Made by a program: the position numbers and the translations under genes
Assembly (NCBI GenBank): GCA_002633005.1
Contig: NMRA01000033.1
Coordinates: forward strand, 952,611 to 1,016,610
Reading direction: 5' to 3'
Length of the DNA: 64,000 nucleotides
Origin: Phoronis australis
Lineage: Eukaryota; Animalia; Phoronida
The notes under the pieces: generated by a model
What the model was told of the DNA's origin: nothing
What the model saw: the letters and a program-made list of their open reading frames with translations, nothing else
The model's database searches: none
Shown here: piece after piece, positions 12,201 through 22,683 of the stretch
Numbering within the stretch: position 1 is the stretch's first letter
Layout: each line of letters starts with the position of its first letter

Positions 12201-15200
12201 TCTGTGAAAAATAAACATTTTTGTCCACCACAAAGTTTGGTAAGTTGATCGCATAAGAATTAATAGAAACACCGTTGTTTTGTGAAGTTTTATCACGTGT
12301 TAAGCAGTGGCCCGAAACTTTCTTCGGCGAATCCGGGAATTTACACAAGTGGCCGAAATTGTTAGCCAATGAAACGCGTCAAAGATCGATTCTGCATATC
12401 CCATGTTCACGCGACTTGCTTACAAGTCATCGGGAGGGCTGTTCTCGGTTAGTGTTCTTTTGAACTTGGATTTGGCAACAACCAGATAACGGTCGGATTA
12501 ACAAGAGCTGCTTTGTATTTGCCAGGTATCTGTTGAGAAGTGTAAAAACTCAGTTCGCATTCTTTGGAAATTCCAGGTCGCATTTTGCGACTTGATACGA
12601 GCTGACAAAAATCTCAGCTCGCATTTCCAAATTTCAGGTCGCAAATGCGACCTGCAGCTCGTTATGTCGAGCCCTGAGGAACATACCATATTTCATAAAA
12701 ATCTGTCAAGGAACTTCAGAGAAACAAAGGAAAACAGAATAAAATGAAATTGCCACTAGTGGGCACAGTGTCCGTTGGATCCGCCTGAAAGTCGTCGTCG
12801 TCTGTTGTTATCTTCATATAAATACACTTATTAAATTTAGTAAAGATCCTGCACTGGGTTTAGGAGATACAACTATGGGTGCGAAACAAAACTACCACTA
12901 GGAGGTGCCACAGTAGTCAGTCACCATCATCAAAGGTCATCTTCACACTGAAAACATATATGCCAATTTTCAAATGATTTGGTTGACACAGGGGTGGACA
13001 CAAAAACAAGATCTGAGAACAGCAAAAAATGGCCACTAGGTGGTGCAAAATACCTCGATTCCATCCAAAAACAGAAAGATAGCGTCATCACACCAATAGA
13101 TACCTATATTTAAAATTTTATGAAAATCTGTTGAGGACCTTTGAAGATACTGAGTTAAACGTAAAAAAATTAAAATTGCCACTAGGGGGCACAGCAGTAG
13201 TCATACATAGTCTATATCATATAAATACACTTCCTAAATTAAGTAAAGATCCTGCGAACGGTTTAGGAGATACAGCCATAGGCACAACAAAAACAAATCT
13301 GCCACTAGGAGGCGCCACAGTAGTCGAAATCGTCGGAAAATCATCGTCAACCGTTCTCTTAATAGTAAGCACATACATGCCAATTTTCACAATCATCCTT
13401 TGAGCGGTTTGGTTGACAGAGGGGTGGACGCAAAAAAAAACTTGAAAACAGTAAAAATGGCCACTAGGAAGCGCAAACTACGTCGAATCCATCCGAAAAC
13501 GGAAGGATAGCATCATCTCACTAATAGGTGCCTACATACCAAATTTCATGAAAATCCGTTCAGGACTTTTGAAGATACAAAGGTAAGCGTAAAAAACTAA
13601 AATTGCCACTAGGGGGCACACCAGGGGTCGGATTCGTCCAAAAGTTCGCTCATGCCGTCCCATTCATGAATGGAACATATGTGCCAAATTTCATGAACGC
13701 AAGTCAAAGGGTTTTGGAGATAGAGCAGCGGACGCCGGATGGACGCCGCCTGGACGGACGGACAGAGATTACTGCATAATGCGTCCACATATAAATGTAT
13801 GATGAGGAAATTCACCTTTAGTTTTTCTGATGAATTTCATATGTAGTCAAATTAAGGAGATCAAAATAAAAGGATTTCATCGTAATTAATAACAGCGTTC
13901 CACCAAGTACTTGATTACTCTACTCACTCAGAGTGATTCAATTAAGTGCATTAACACAAGCTGTAGTGCAATAAACTAACCACACTCTTACACAATTACA
14001 GGAAAACACAAACCTGGCTCGTCAAATTCTTCAAAATCGGCAAACTCGTTGTCTTCAATGTCCGCCCCGTGGAGATTACCCGCGGCCCTGCACGTCAAGA
14101 CAAATGCGTAGAAGAGCCAGAGGCTGAGGAAGAAGGAGGTCTGGAATGGGAGAAAAATAGAGATTCGACTACTAGTACTTTCATGGTGTGCAGAATATCC
14201 TCTGATTTTCCAAGAACTGGTGAAGATTCTGGAGGAGTAGGGCCATTTATGTCCCCCTGCAATGACAGGATGGAGTGCTGAGGCATATTCTTCCAAAGAC
14301 TTCATTAGGTCAGTCTTTTCCAAAAAAAAAATTGGAATACTTGCGATAACCACAAAAGCAGAAAATTTTTACAGGAATGCAAAAATAGCGGAATCCATGA
14401 ACCTAGAAATGTTTAGAGGCCACCGATGTCTTTAAATTCTTCCACCTCGATCAAATACATCAGTAATCAAGATTTCTTTCCTACCTCTTAATTAACAAAA
14501 TTGTTGAAGAAAAACATTTTGCTCAGGTGCAAGAGTAGCAATCCTAATATGAGAATTTCAAGCAATAGTGAACTCTGGTGGATCACCAGTGTAGTCCCTT
14601 CTAGTGACTGACTCAATACAGAGGTCATGGACGTCGATCTCCATGTGATAAAACAATTGACATCGCATAGGCATGAACAGCGATGCAATCACAACACAAA
14701 TGACACAGGTCCTGATTCTGTTGCGGTTCGAAGAACTCAGAAAAAATGTTGCTTGCAGGAGTATTTGTTTGAGCTGGAAGGATTTAAGTAAAGACTCCAA
14801 CTGCCTCCACAAGGAGCACTTACCAAGGCGCAAATTGTCATGGGGCAGGTTGCTTCACTTCAGTTGCACACAAAATGAATCAGCAAAGAAGTTAATTATA
14901 CAAAGAGTCTGCGCATGGTTGGATTAACAGTGGCGAACAGCCAAAACAATGTGGACACTGTACGTAAACTACTGAAGAATCAGACCACCTTTAGATATTT
15001 TCTAAATGTGATATAGTTTGCCTAGATGAGCCTAAATGCACTTTACCTTTTCTTTACCACAGTTTCATCATTTGACAAGTCGCATTATACCCATTGAGCC
15101 ATTGAGGACAACCGTGGTGGCCCGTCTTATGTTTAAGCCCTCCGAGTGGAATGAGGTTCATGCAGTGGTATTTACCTTAAGAGCATGAACTTTGGCAGGA

Positions 15201-17558
15201 GGCCACAAGTTCCAATAAATGGTGCTTGATTAATCATTCTTCAAGACAATGTCCGAGCTTCAGCAAACAAATGAGCAGAGCCAGTTACTTGAATATGAGA
15301 CCACATCCACATAGCCACACAGGCATCCTCAGCTTCTGATCGTCCCCAATACACTAAATATACTACAAGGTATGACACTCGGAACTAGAAAGTCCACGGG
15401 TGCTTCGATTCAGCCATCCATATCAAACACAAAACTCAATAAACTTACACGAAACAAGGTTTCAACAAACCATTAGCAATTGTTCTTTCTTATAATACCG
15501 AGGTCTTGCTCCAGCGAGTTTGCAAGAAATTCGCAGTCAAACTACAAAAATGTTCCCAAAAATCCCAAACATACCTTACACTTTGACGGTTCCAGGTCAA
15601 CGACGGTATTACCGGTTTGTCGCGTAAAGTCACTATGTCGATAACTCTACACTTAGCCGTCCATCCGTAACTCATCGGTAATTTCCGTACCATCCTTGAC
15701 CTCAAACCGTCAAAGTGCGAGGTATGCGTAGGCTTCTTGGGAACATTTTTGTGCTTTGATTGCGAATTTCTTGCGAACTCGCTGGAGCAGGAGACAACGT
15801 GAATGGTATTATGAGAAAGAACAATTATTCATGGTTTGTTGAACCCCTGCGTTTTGTGCAAAAATATTGAGTTGTGTGTTTGATATGGACGGCTGAATCG
15901 AAGCACACGTGGAATTTCTACTCACGAGTGTCATACCTTGTAGTATTATATATAGTGTATTAGGGATGACCAGAAAGTAGAATCTGAGGACGCCTGTGCA
16001 CAACATAGGGGTATGCCATGGCATAGGGCATATAGCCATAGGTGAAAGTTTACTGGCCCGGCCACAAATCCACTGGCCAAGGGCCATCGCGTATTTGGAA
16101 CACTGTTCTCAGGTAGTTATTTATTTAATTATCAGATTACTATAGCACAGACATTGTCAATGCAAAAATGGGCAGCTTCTGCGCCTTTTCTGGCTTTCTG
16201 CAGTTCTGCTAGGCAATGACCATCGCCTCTGTTGGCCCGACCAGAGGCGATGCAGCTCCTATAGGCACTTCATACGCCAGAAGCTTTTCGGCGAATTATG
16301 CCTTGCACCGACTAAAACATCAAAGTCACATTGTTATAAATACCTTTTGCACATAGAGGAACACCTTAGAAGATTGTCGATATGTTTAATTCCTTTCAAC
16401 TCGAACAAATACTCCCGTTATCAAACTTTTTCTTCAAGCAGTCCCTATTTCAGTTCCCAAAATCGTGAACTCACCATTTTTTTACTGCGCATACCAGGAG
16501 ATATGACCTCATTCTTTTAACCAGGCCGAAGGTCAGAAGTTGTGGTCCTATCGGGGAACTTTGAAAGCTGAAGTCCCCGCCGTCTGCGTACGTGCTGCTG
16601 GGAACCAGCCGTGCATTTGCCGTGTTGTTAAACATTAAAATGTCAAATATGTCAACAGTGCACAAAGACTACTAAATGTCATATCAACAGCATTTATTTT
16701 TATCAAATACAAACAATTATTCATTGAAATACAATNGGCGAACTTTGAAAGCTGAAGTTCCCGCCCTCTGCGTACGTGCTGCTGGGAACCAGCCGTGCAT
16801 TTGCCGTGTTGTTAAACATTAAAATGTCAAATATGTCAACAGTGCACAAAGACTACTAAATGTCATATCAACAGCATTTATTTTTATCAAATACAAACAA
16901 TTATTCATTGAAATACAATCAGTTTCAAGTAACGCCAATTAAAGACAAGTAGTGGTGGCAATTTGGAAACGAACATTTGACTGACAAGACCGCAATGGCT
17001 CACCTTCGACCTATTTATAGATTGGGGTCATGAAGTCATATCACCTAGCGAGCGTGGTAAAAATTGGACCGTGCGCAGTATAAAAATGGTGAGTTCACAA
17101 TTTTGGGAGCTGAAATAGGGACTGCTAGAAGAAAAAGTCTGATAACGGGAGTATTTGTTTGAGTTGGAAGGAATTAAACACAACAACCTTCTAAGGTGTT
17201 CCTCTATGCGCAAAAGGTACTTATAACAACGTTACTTTGATGTTTTAGTCGGTGCGAGGCATAATTCGCCGAAAAGCTTCCGGCGTATGGAGCGCCTATA
17301 GGAGCTGCATCGCCTCTGGTGGGCCAACAGAGGCGATGGTCATTGCCTACGGCTACGCCTACGCCGGCCTACGGTTCTGCCACTTCTGGACCAAATCCTG
17401 GGACGCCGGGAACCTATTCGGGAGCACACAGAAGTTCCCGTAACACGAACCACAGATCATGTTGGTCTCTCACAAGCAGTTTAACTACTAAGCAAACGTT
17501 AAGTAAATGTTCTTTCATGAGAAAACTAGCTAAACACTATCGCCAAGCTCACCCTCAT
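160..17558 (-). CDS. CCDC47: PAT complex subunit CCDC47 (calumin), complete spliced CDS, 13 coding exons, ~473 aa
   Basis: Exons (minus): 17553-17558, 14014-14140, 10066-10178, 9404-9517, 8091-8265, 6568-6752, 5919-6020, 4563-4670, 3899-3981, 3282-3340, 2652-2761, 1556-1723, 160-231; total 1422 nt, all GT-AG, phases consistent. The protein has a signal peptide (MRTSFFLSLWLFYAFVLTCRAAG), an acidic lumenal region (DNEFADFEEFD), one TM (YYVEMLMIAGLGVYFINFL), the CCDC47 motifs [24 protein letters not shown] and [11 protein letters not shown], and a basic coiled-coil tail ([11 protein letters not shown]...KMKVMKVKSQ*). Confidence 0.96.
644..866. mobile_element. MITE, PIF/Harbinger-like
   Basis: Imperfect TIRs tggcccgttccataaaaattgactt / aagtcagttttcttggcacaggccc, flanked by CAG on both sides (3-bp TSD); a related copy lies at 7119-7373. 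Confidence 0.65.
1556..1723 (-). CDS. CCDC47: CCDC47 exon 12 (coiled coil)
   Basis: [64 protein letters not shown]. Confidence 0.95.
2153..2223. repeat. 13-bp tandem repeat (actgacagttgat)n, ~5 copies
   Basis: Seen directly. Confidence 0.9.
2652..2761 (-). CDS. CCDC47: CCDC47 exon 11
   Basis: VGKRGNCSVTDMEALKPLIHFAFHYVDKVCKFKLSNQ, AG/GTAAGT. Confidence 0.93.
3282..3340 (-). CDS. CCDC47: CCDC47 exon 10
   Basis: DQEQVASPETKRQVMFCFN, AG/GTAAGC. Confidence 0.9.
3899..3981 (-). CDS. CCDC47: CCDC47 exon 9
   Basis: [35 protein letters not shown]. Confidence 0.93.
4563..4670 (-). CDS. CCDC47: CCDC47 exon 8
   Basis: NFFCAEKKAGENYKLPSSFSVLSEIGEATQAMLAGN, AG/GTAGGT. Confidence 0.93.
5919..6020 (-). 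CDS. CCDC47: CCDC47 exon 7
   Basis: VITFTLEENEMDNFVFCVAQKKTASRLQKEMNDL; absent from the ORF track; AG/GTAGGA. Confidence 0.93.
6568..6752 (-). CDS. CCDC47: CCDC47 exon 6
   Basis: GDDGTGTEVTQG...[24 protein letters not shown]...DQV, AG/GTAAGT. Confidence 0.96.
7119..7373. mobile_element. Second, diverged copy of the 644-866 MITE family
   Basis: Shares gaagtttc..aagttgagacaaatctt..tcaaaatgaact.aagtca.tttcttgg.acagg.cc; CTG near both ends. Confidence 0.6.
8091..8265 (-). CDS. CCDC47: CCDC47 exon 5 (TM helix)
   Basis: VPVHLRANLEGYYVEMLMIAGLGVYFINFLAGRSKNQRLAQ...NFSVV, AG/GTAAGG. Confidence 0.95.
8428..8875. repeat. 17-bp minisatellite (attgtttcaggtagaac)n, ~26 copies
   Basis: Seen directly, with variant units (gagcttc/gacatt). 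Confidence 0.95.
9404..9517 (-). CDS. CCDC47: CCDC47 exon 4
   Basis: EEDDEFEHFQDEEEFEGYDGARPVKGKSADKPDLKITN, AG/GTAAGC. Confidence 0.92.
10066..10178 (-). CDS. CCDC47: CCDC47 exon 3
   Basis: ttttatag|EVDDSSLRDTEEK...SEEEDDDEATVE|gtata; phase 1 to 0. Confidence 0.88.
11067..13810 (+). mobile_element. Helentron-associated (DINE/HINE-like) non-autonomous element with central tandem array
   Basis: Starts aaacaagag followed by a short hairpin caacg-tggag-cgttg; has ~125-145-bp internal repeats (~427-bp higher-order period, aaatttcatgaaaatc motifs) and a (ggac)n microsatellite at 13729-13765. This matches the DINE-1/HINE layout. Ends approximate. Confidence 0.6.
11190..12676. mobile_element. Non-autonomous TIR transposon (hAT5-like) nested in the HINE
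   Basis: TIR CAGGGCTCGAC...GTCGAGCCCTG, 5-bp TSD AGGAA on both sides, subterminal aggtcgcattt/tgcgacct repeats at both ends. Confidence 0.8.
14014..14140 (-). CDS. CCDC47: CCDC47 exon 2 (signal peptide, acidic start)
   Basis: ttctcccattccag|TSFFLSLWLFYAFVLTCRAAGNLHGADIEDNEFADFEEFDEP|gtttgt. Confidence 0.9.
15318..15999. mobile_element. Foldback/long-TIR element
   Basis: ~250-bp diverged inverted arms (~15318-15570 vs ~15735-15999), e.g. ctccagcgagtttgcaagaaattcgca / tgcgaatttcttgcgaactcgctggag. Confidence 0.75.
16212..17347. mobile_element. Long-TIR non-autonomous DNA transposon
   Basis: ~280-bp TIRs starting GGCAATGACCATCGCCTCTGTTGGCCC, TA on both flanks. Confidence 0.85.
17553..17558 (-). 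CDS. CCDC47: CCDC47 coding exon 1 (Met-Arg only)
   Basis: Minus strand ...acgacaATGAGG|GTGAGC: A at -3, strong donor, phase 0 joins in frame to the signal-peptide exon. Confidence 0.75.
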
Positions 17559-17680
17559 TGTCGTTTGCCGGATCCCTAAAACCACATGCGCGACAGGAAA
17601 GGGTATTTTAGTGACATCTGGTGGTGGACATTGTTCTGAAAATGTCGAATGGTCGGAAAAATGTCGTGAGCCGACTTGCA
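17559..17680 (-). promoter_or_regulatory. Probable 5'UTR/proximal promoter of CCDC47
   Basis: Immediately upstream of the inferred ATG; contains cgcgcatg (partial NRF1/EWG-like) and CCACCAGATGTCAC (CTCF-like, 17611-17624). Confidence 0.4.
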
Positions 17681-20015
17681 GTGGACATCAGAGACTGATC
17701 CAGGATTTTGAGCTGGGGGGGGGGTTAGGGTACAGGAATAAGTAGAATTTCACCTTAAGCGCGCACCCAGCTTAAAATGTGGGGATGTAGGGGGTATCGA
17801 ATTTTTGAGTTTGTAGAGCTTATAAAAAGGGTTTACTGATTCAAGGTCCCAGTACTATGCATTGTGCTACAGNTGAGTTTGTAGAGCTTATAAAAAGGGT
17901 TTATTCAAGGCCTACTATGCATTTTGCTACAGTCTCCCCCTCCGCCACTTTTTTCACTGCTGCGCCGCCCATGCTGCCATCGGGTAATGTGACATATGGT
18001 TGTCTTAGACAAACATTTGTCGACCCGTGGGCATAGATACTCGTTAATGTGGGGGAAAGCCAGTTGAAGACATGGCATGCTTGCGCACAACCGAATTTGG
18101 AAACAGTAACAATGTTTTGTCACGATCGGGTTATGTGAAGGATAGTGTTTATACCGTCAAATGATCCAAACACTGATGACGAGTTGAAGAGAGAAATCGC
18201 AACAAAAGTAAGCAACATGCACCTCAGCGCCTGTAAGCGTGCTTGCAACGGCAACGGGGTGGACACTTCGAGCATTTCAAATCGGCAATAACGGGTAACA
18301 AATTGTAGTTTTGTACAAATGTCATCCAATCATAGTAGTTTTGACTGTTAGGGAGCAACGTGTTAAGAAATTATGAAGCAAAAAACTTTTTGGTCGCCCT
18401 GTGTAGGCTAATTTATGATGTAAATTAGAAGATTGGATTAGCATACATAGTCTGGCATATGCTTGCTTTCAAGTGTGAACGGACTATAATCTTTCCAATT
18501 TAGACAAGACTATGCATATGTAGACGCAGATACGCATAGGTTTCATTGAAGTACGGTATGTATTCTTGTTTTGTCCATGGAAGTTGAGGAAGTCCTTTAA
18601 TGAGGTGGCTATAAAATCTTTTCCGGTGTGGAGCACAGAAAATATGTACTTGGTGGGCCGAAGCTAGACAATGCTTTTCTGTCTCTTGACTTAGTTGGTA
18701 GAAGTTGACTCGGAAAATGACCTGCAATGTTATGCCTTTTTCGGCAGAAACGCCGGATTTCCGTGTAGTATTGGTAAGAAGTGTACAAATACTATCCTTG
18801 GTATAGGTCCCTATATCACCGTAAGCGTTCGAGTACGAGATTGGAAGCCCCGGCAGCCGAGCCTGAAGTCTAAAACATTTTACTCGAGATCCAACTCGAA
18901 AACATGTTCATTGGTCATTTTCTACTTTACTTTTGTGCAAACTCAAGAAATGTGTCCATTATTCTATGGTTCGATTACTTTTAACGGCATATGTGGATAA
19001 TTGTCTAATCTTCTTGAGTTTGTATTTAAAGACATCAGCATAAGGCTAAAAGTTTTGAGGATTTTACTCGAAATGTCGAGTTTTAGCTCGAATCCAGAGG
19101 TTACTAGTACGAACTTTGACAAGATTCTTATTTGCATAAATCATAATGTACTAGAGCACAGAAAAAGAGACACTTATATTGAGTTTGCAAAGAAGTAGCG
19201 GAAAATGCCCTAACAGAATTTCGAGTTCGGTTCCGAACCTCGGCCTCAGGTCAAGTACGAATGTATTTTAACACGAAACGCACTTAGCGCGTAAATTCAC
19301 GAAAATATTCAAATATGGGAAAATTACGACAAATGGAAGTCAAATAAATCTACTCCGTGACCGCTTTCCTATGCAAAGGGTAACCTAACAAAAAATTGAC
19401 GGAAACTGCTTGAATAAGTCTGAAAGAGTTTCCGAGGATGATCTGTTGATGACCAATGGAAAAGGACACCACTAAAGTTGGTTCAATCCGCTACTCGATC
19501 ACTGAGGCATGATGGGAAAAAGTGCACTGTGTAAATTAAAGGTAACTTTGAACTCACGCGCGGCGGGACTCTATGTTAGAGCAGGTTGTTCGGCATCGGA
19601 GTACACGTAAAAACAGAAAGACAAATCTTTTTTCGGAAACTTGCGGTATTTTGGCATGTGTGCGTTGACAATTGGGCATCAAATCTATGAAGACATGTGA
19701 GTAAAACGAGATTTTGCCGGCATTGAGGTCAAGGTCGACATCAGTGACGGAGTCCTTGTCCAAAGTAGTTAGTACCACGAATCATGACAGCGAAAAAATA
19801 TCACTTGCTCTGTTGTTACTTAAACAAAACAAATGCAAGCTGGCTAAAAGATGACGCTTTTTCTTACGCGTGGCAGCGCGTGAGCTGTAGTTTATACGCT
19901 CAGTGTCTGCCATGGATTTCAGTGTAATTAGAAGGACGACACAGTAATAATTTTAATTTATAGATCTCACGAATTTCAACTATTTAAGACCTGTAGGAAC
20001 CTACCGGTAAGTGCT

Positions 20016-20215
20016 CATGCGCGCACCCAGCCTTTAATGTGGGGGGGCTCGAATATTCATGACTAAGTGGAACTTTTGCTAACAAAAAAGCGGGAGGACT
20101 GAAAAAATGGGGTACCACCTTCAGAACTGTGCTTCTGCGACTTTTTAGTGGAATTTCGTCTCCTTTTCTCGGACTTTTTGTTTCTCTGACCCAAATTGGG
20201 GGGGATGCGCGCATA
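20016..20215. mobile_element. MITE with catgcgcgcaccc TIRs
   Basis: catgcgcgcacccag...ggatgcgcgcata with 5-bp TSD GTGCT; related copies at 46493-46758 and a fragment near 17760. Confidence 0.75.
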
Positions 20216-20462
20216 GTGCTCCTCACCAGAACAGCCGTCATGTTCTCGGGTCGGGGTCGCTGTAGTAGCCTAGACGAACGTCTCTTGCTCAATAAAAATA
20301 CTACCTTAAAATTTTAATATTATGATCAATTAAACTATAATATGTGCCCATATGTAAGATATTCTTTATGAAGTTATATTTCTTCTTTATTCTGAAACCA
20401 TCTTAAACTTTCGTTCGTCATTTTAAAGAAAAATAAGTTTAAGACGACTTATTTTCCTTAAA

Positions 20463-21480
20463 ATGTCTGGCGTTTAACCAATAAAGAACGAAAAAACATT
20501 TGTCATAACAGAACTTTATGAGTTTTAAACCCGAAAAATGTAATGCATTAACATTCTCCTCTCGTCATACAAAGTTAAATGTATCAAAATTACCANCCCC
20601 CCCCCCCCCCCCCCCCCCAACAAACTTCTCACCGTCATCTTGGTGTAATTCTTGACAATGAACTGACATTCAACCTACATTGCGTTGAATTCTTCGAAAA
20701 AAATTCAAAAGCTCTGAAATTCTTTCAAGGCACTATTAAAGATAATGTCGACCCACCACCTAGAAATTTTGTATAATGCTTTCATTAGCTCATTCTAATT
20801 ACGCAGATATCGTGCACAACAGGTGCAATTACTCTTACTGGTCTTTGTAGATAGGCTCCAGTATCAGGCAGCACTGTACGTTTCTGGCTCGATAAGGGGC
20901 TCCAGTAAAGAAAAACTCTCGACTTACTTAACTGGATCCCACTCTGAGACATTAGAAAACAACACACCATTATTTATACTTACAAAGTACTTCACAATTA
21001 ACAACTTCAGACGAACAAAATTTCGCGGAAATTTAAGAACTATGTCTGAGTTTGTAGTCCCTCATAAATTTACTATTAGTAAATCTCCTCTTATTCAGTG
21101 CACCCAGCTTGAGATTCATACATCCACACCAACTACTTGTATTACAAGTATTACCAGAAGCAAAGAAATCGTTCTTAATCAATTACGAGCCGGTCTATTC
21201 CTTAATTCTCAAAAATTTCAACAGAATTTTCTGCACGTATAAGGTGTTCGTAAATGTGGCTCCTAGAATAGTGTTAATTATTTTTATCTTAAATGTGTTG
21301 TCAATCAAATAGACCGTATCCATCTCTTCAATGCCCTTGAATTAAATATTGATATCACCTCCATTTACCACAGCTTACATACTACTCAACGTGCATCATT
21401 TTTGCGTTATGGTTCGCATTTACCTAACTTAGATTTGAATGTTTTTCTAATTAAGTGGTATCCAATTTAATTTATGATAG
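20463..21480 (+). mobile_element. Degenerate, 5'-truncated non-LTR retrotransposon (CR1/L2-group) RT C-terminus
   Basis: Frameshifted peptides FKPEKCNALTF, HLGVILDNELTFNLH, DRLQYQAALYVSG...SS.EKL, LNQLRAG..LNS; typical of LINE RT thumb and C-terminal region. Confidence 0.75.
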
Positions 21481-22000
21481 CAAATTAAAATTTTAAATAC
21501 TTTTAGGCTAATAAAATAGCCATTCTTTGTTTTTGTTTTTGTTTTTGTTTTTCTGTGTGGTTGTCTGTGTTTTTGTAACTAGATCGCATTTTGTTGTCAT
21601 ACCATATGAATTGTCTCTTGTGATTTTGATATCTTCCTGTATTCCTTTTTATATCCATTGTTATTATAATTGTTAATCTGCCTGCATATAGTATTATCGA
21701 TTTTCGGGCAGTAATTGTATTACTTTCCGTGTAATTTCTTGATGAAATAAACAGTTATCTATGAATAATCTATGAACACACTTGGCCAAATCTTTCTCGA
21801 AACTTGCAACGCTGACAAGGGAGAAACTACTACGACAAGTGATCGACTTCCAATCCCAAAGAATAACCCTGAAGTATGGGTTTGGAAAGGAAAACACGTT
21901 TCAAACTTTCAACAGTGTCGTCTAGAGTCTCGTTTAGACAATAACGTTTCACACGGCGCAACTGACACGGCGCATGATGATCGGTGTCAAGCAGCCGTTT

Positions 22001-22021
22001 ACACACACACACACGCGCACG

Positions 22022-22077
<56 letters not shown>

Positions 22078-22095
22078 CACACACACACATGCACA
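22001..22095. repeat. (CA)n microsatellite
   Basis: Seen directly; abuts the assembly gap. Confidence 0.95.
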
Positions 22096-22281
22096 NNNNN
22101 NNNNNNNNNNNNNNNNNNNNNNNNNNNNNNNNNNNNNNNNNNNNNNNNNNNNNNNNNNNNNNNNNNNNNNNNNNNNNNNNNNNNNNNNNNNNNNNNNNNN
22201 NNNNNNNNNNNNNNNNNNNNNNNNNNNNNNNNNNNNNNNNNNNNNNNNNNNNNNNNNNNNNNNNNNNNNNNNNNNNNNNNN
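22096..22281. other. Assembly gap (N run)
   Basis: Run of N. Confidence 0.99.
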
Positions 22282-22559
22282 TTTTTTTTTTTTTTTTGAT
22301 CAGGTGGTTAACACTTCCATCAGTATAGGCCTATTGTACATAACAAAGCACTTGAATTGAGCCCAGTCTTGATTGTTAACTGTGTGTAATATTCTGAAAA
22401 TTTCGTAACAAAATAAATAGTGGCCAGGGTTAAAGTTAGAAGACATGGCACTGAACATCTGAGTCTGCAAATCGTAAAATTGCGCGAAAATGATCACCTG
22501 TATAAAATGTGCGATTTAGCACAAGCGTAATAGCGATGATCCCTTCCGCCTTGCCCCAG

Positions 22560-22683
22560 TTTCGCGTTTAGACGTAGTTGACACGGAGCAAGATGATTTT
22601 CCTGTTTACATACATACTTGCGCTCGATCATCTCCTTCCGTGTCAGATGATCTGTGTCAACTTTTGTAGTGTAAACGGCACTC
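22560..22683. mobile_element. Short MITE-like inverted repeat
   Basis: cgtttagacgtagttgacacgg vs ccgtgtca...tgtgtcaacttttgtagtgtaaacg; similar sequence at 21930-22000. Confidence 0.45.

Noticed and set aside
12690-13720. Regularly spaced conserved motifs as a CRISPR array
   Set aside because: The intervening sequences are homologous to one another (tandem repeat units) and there are no cas genes
14141-14353. In-frame upstream ATG (14305) as the CCDC47 start
   Set aside because: It would put ~55 mostly polar residues before the signal peptide; a polypyrimidine-AG acceptor at 14141 and the MR exon at 17558 give a better model
21772-22360. His-Thr repeat ORFs
   Set aside because: Translation of the (CA)n repeat and the N gap
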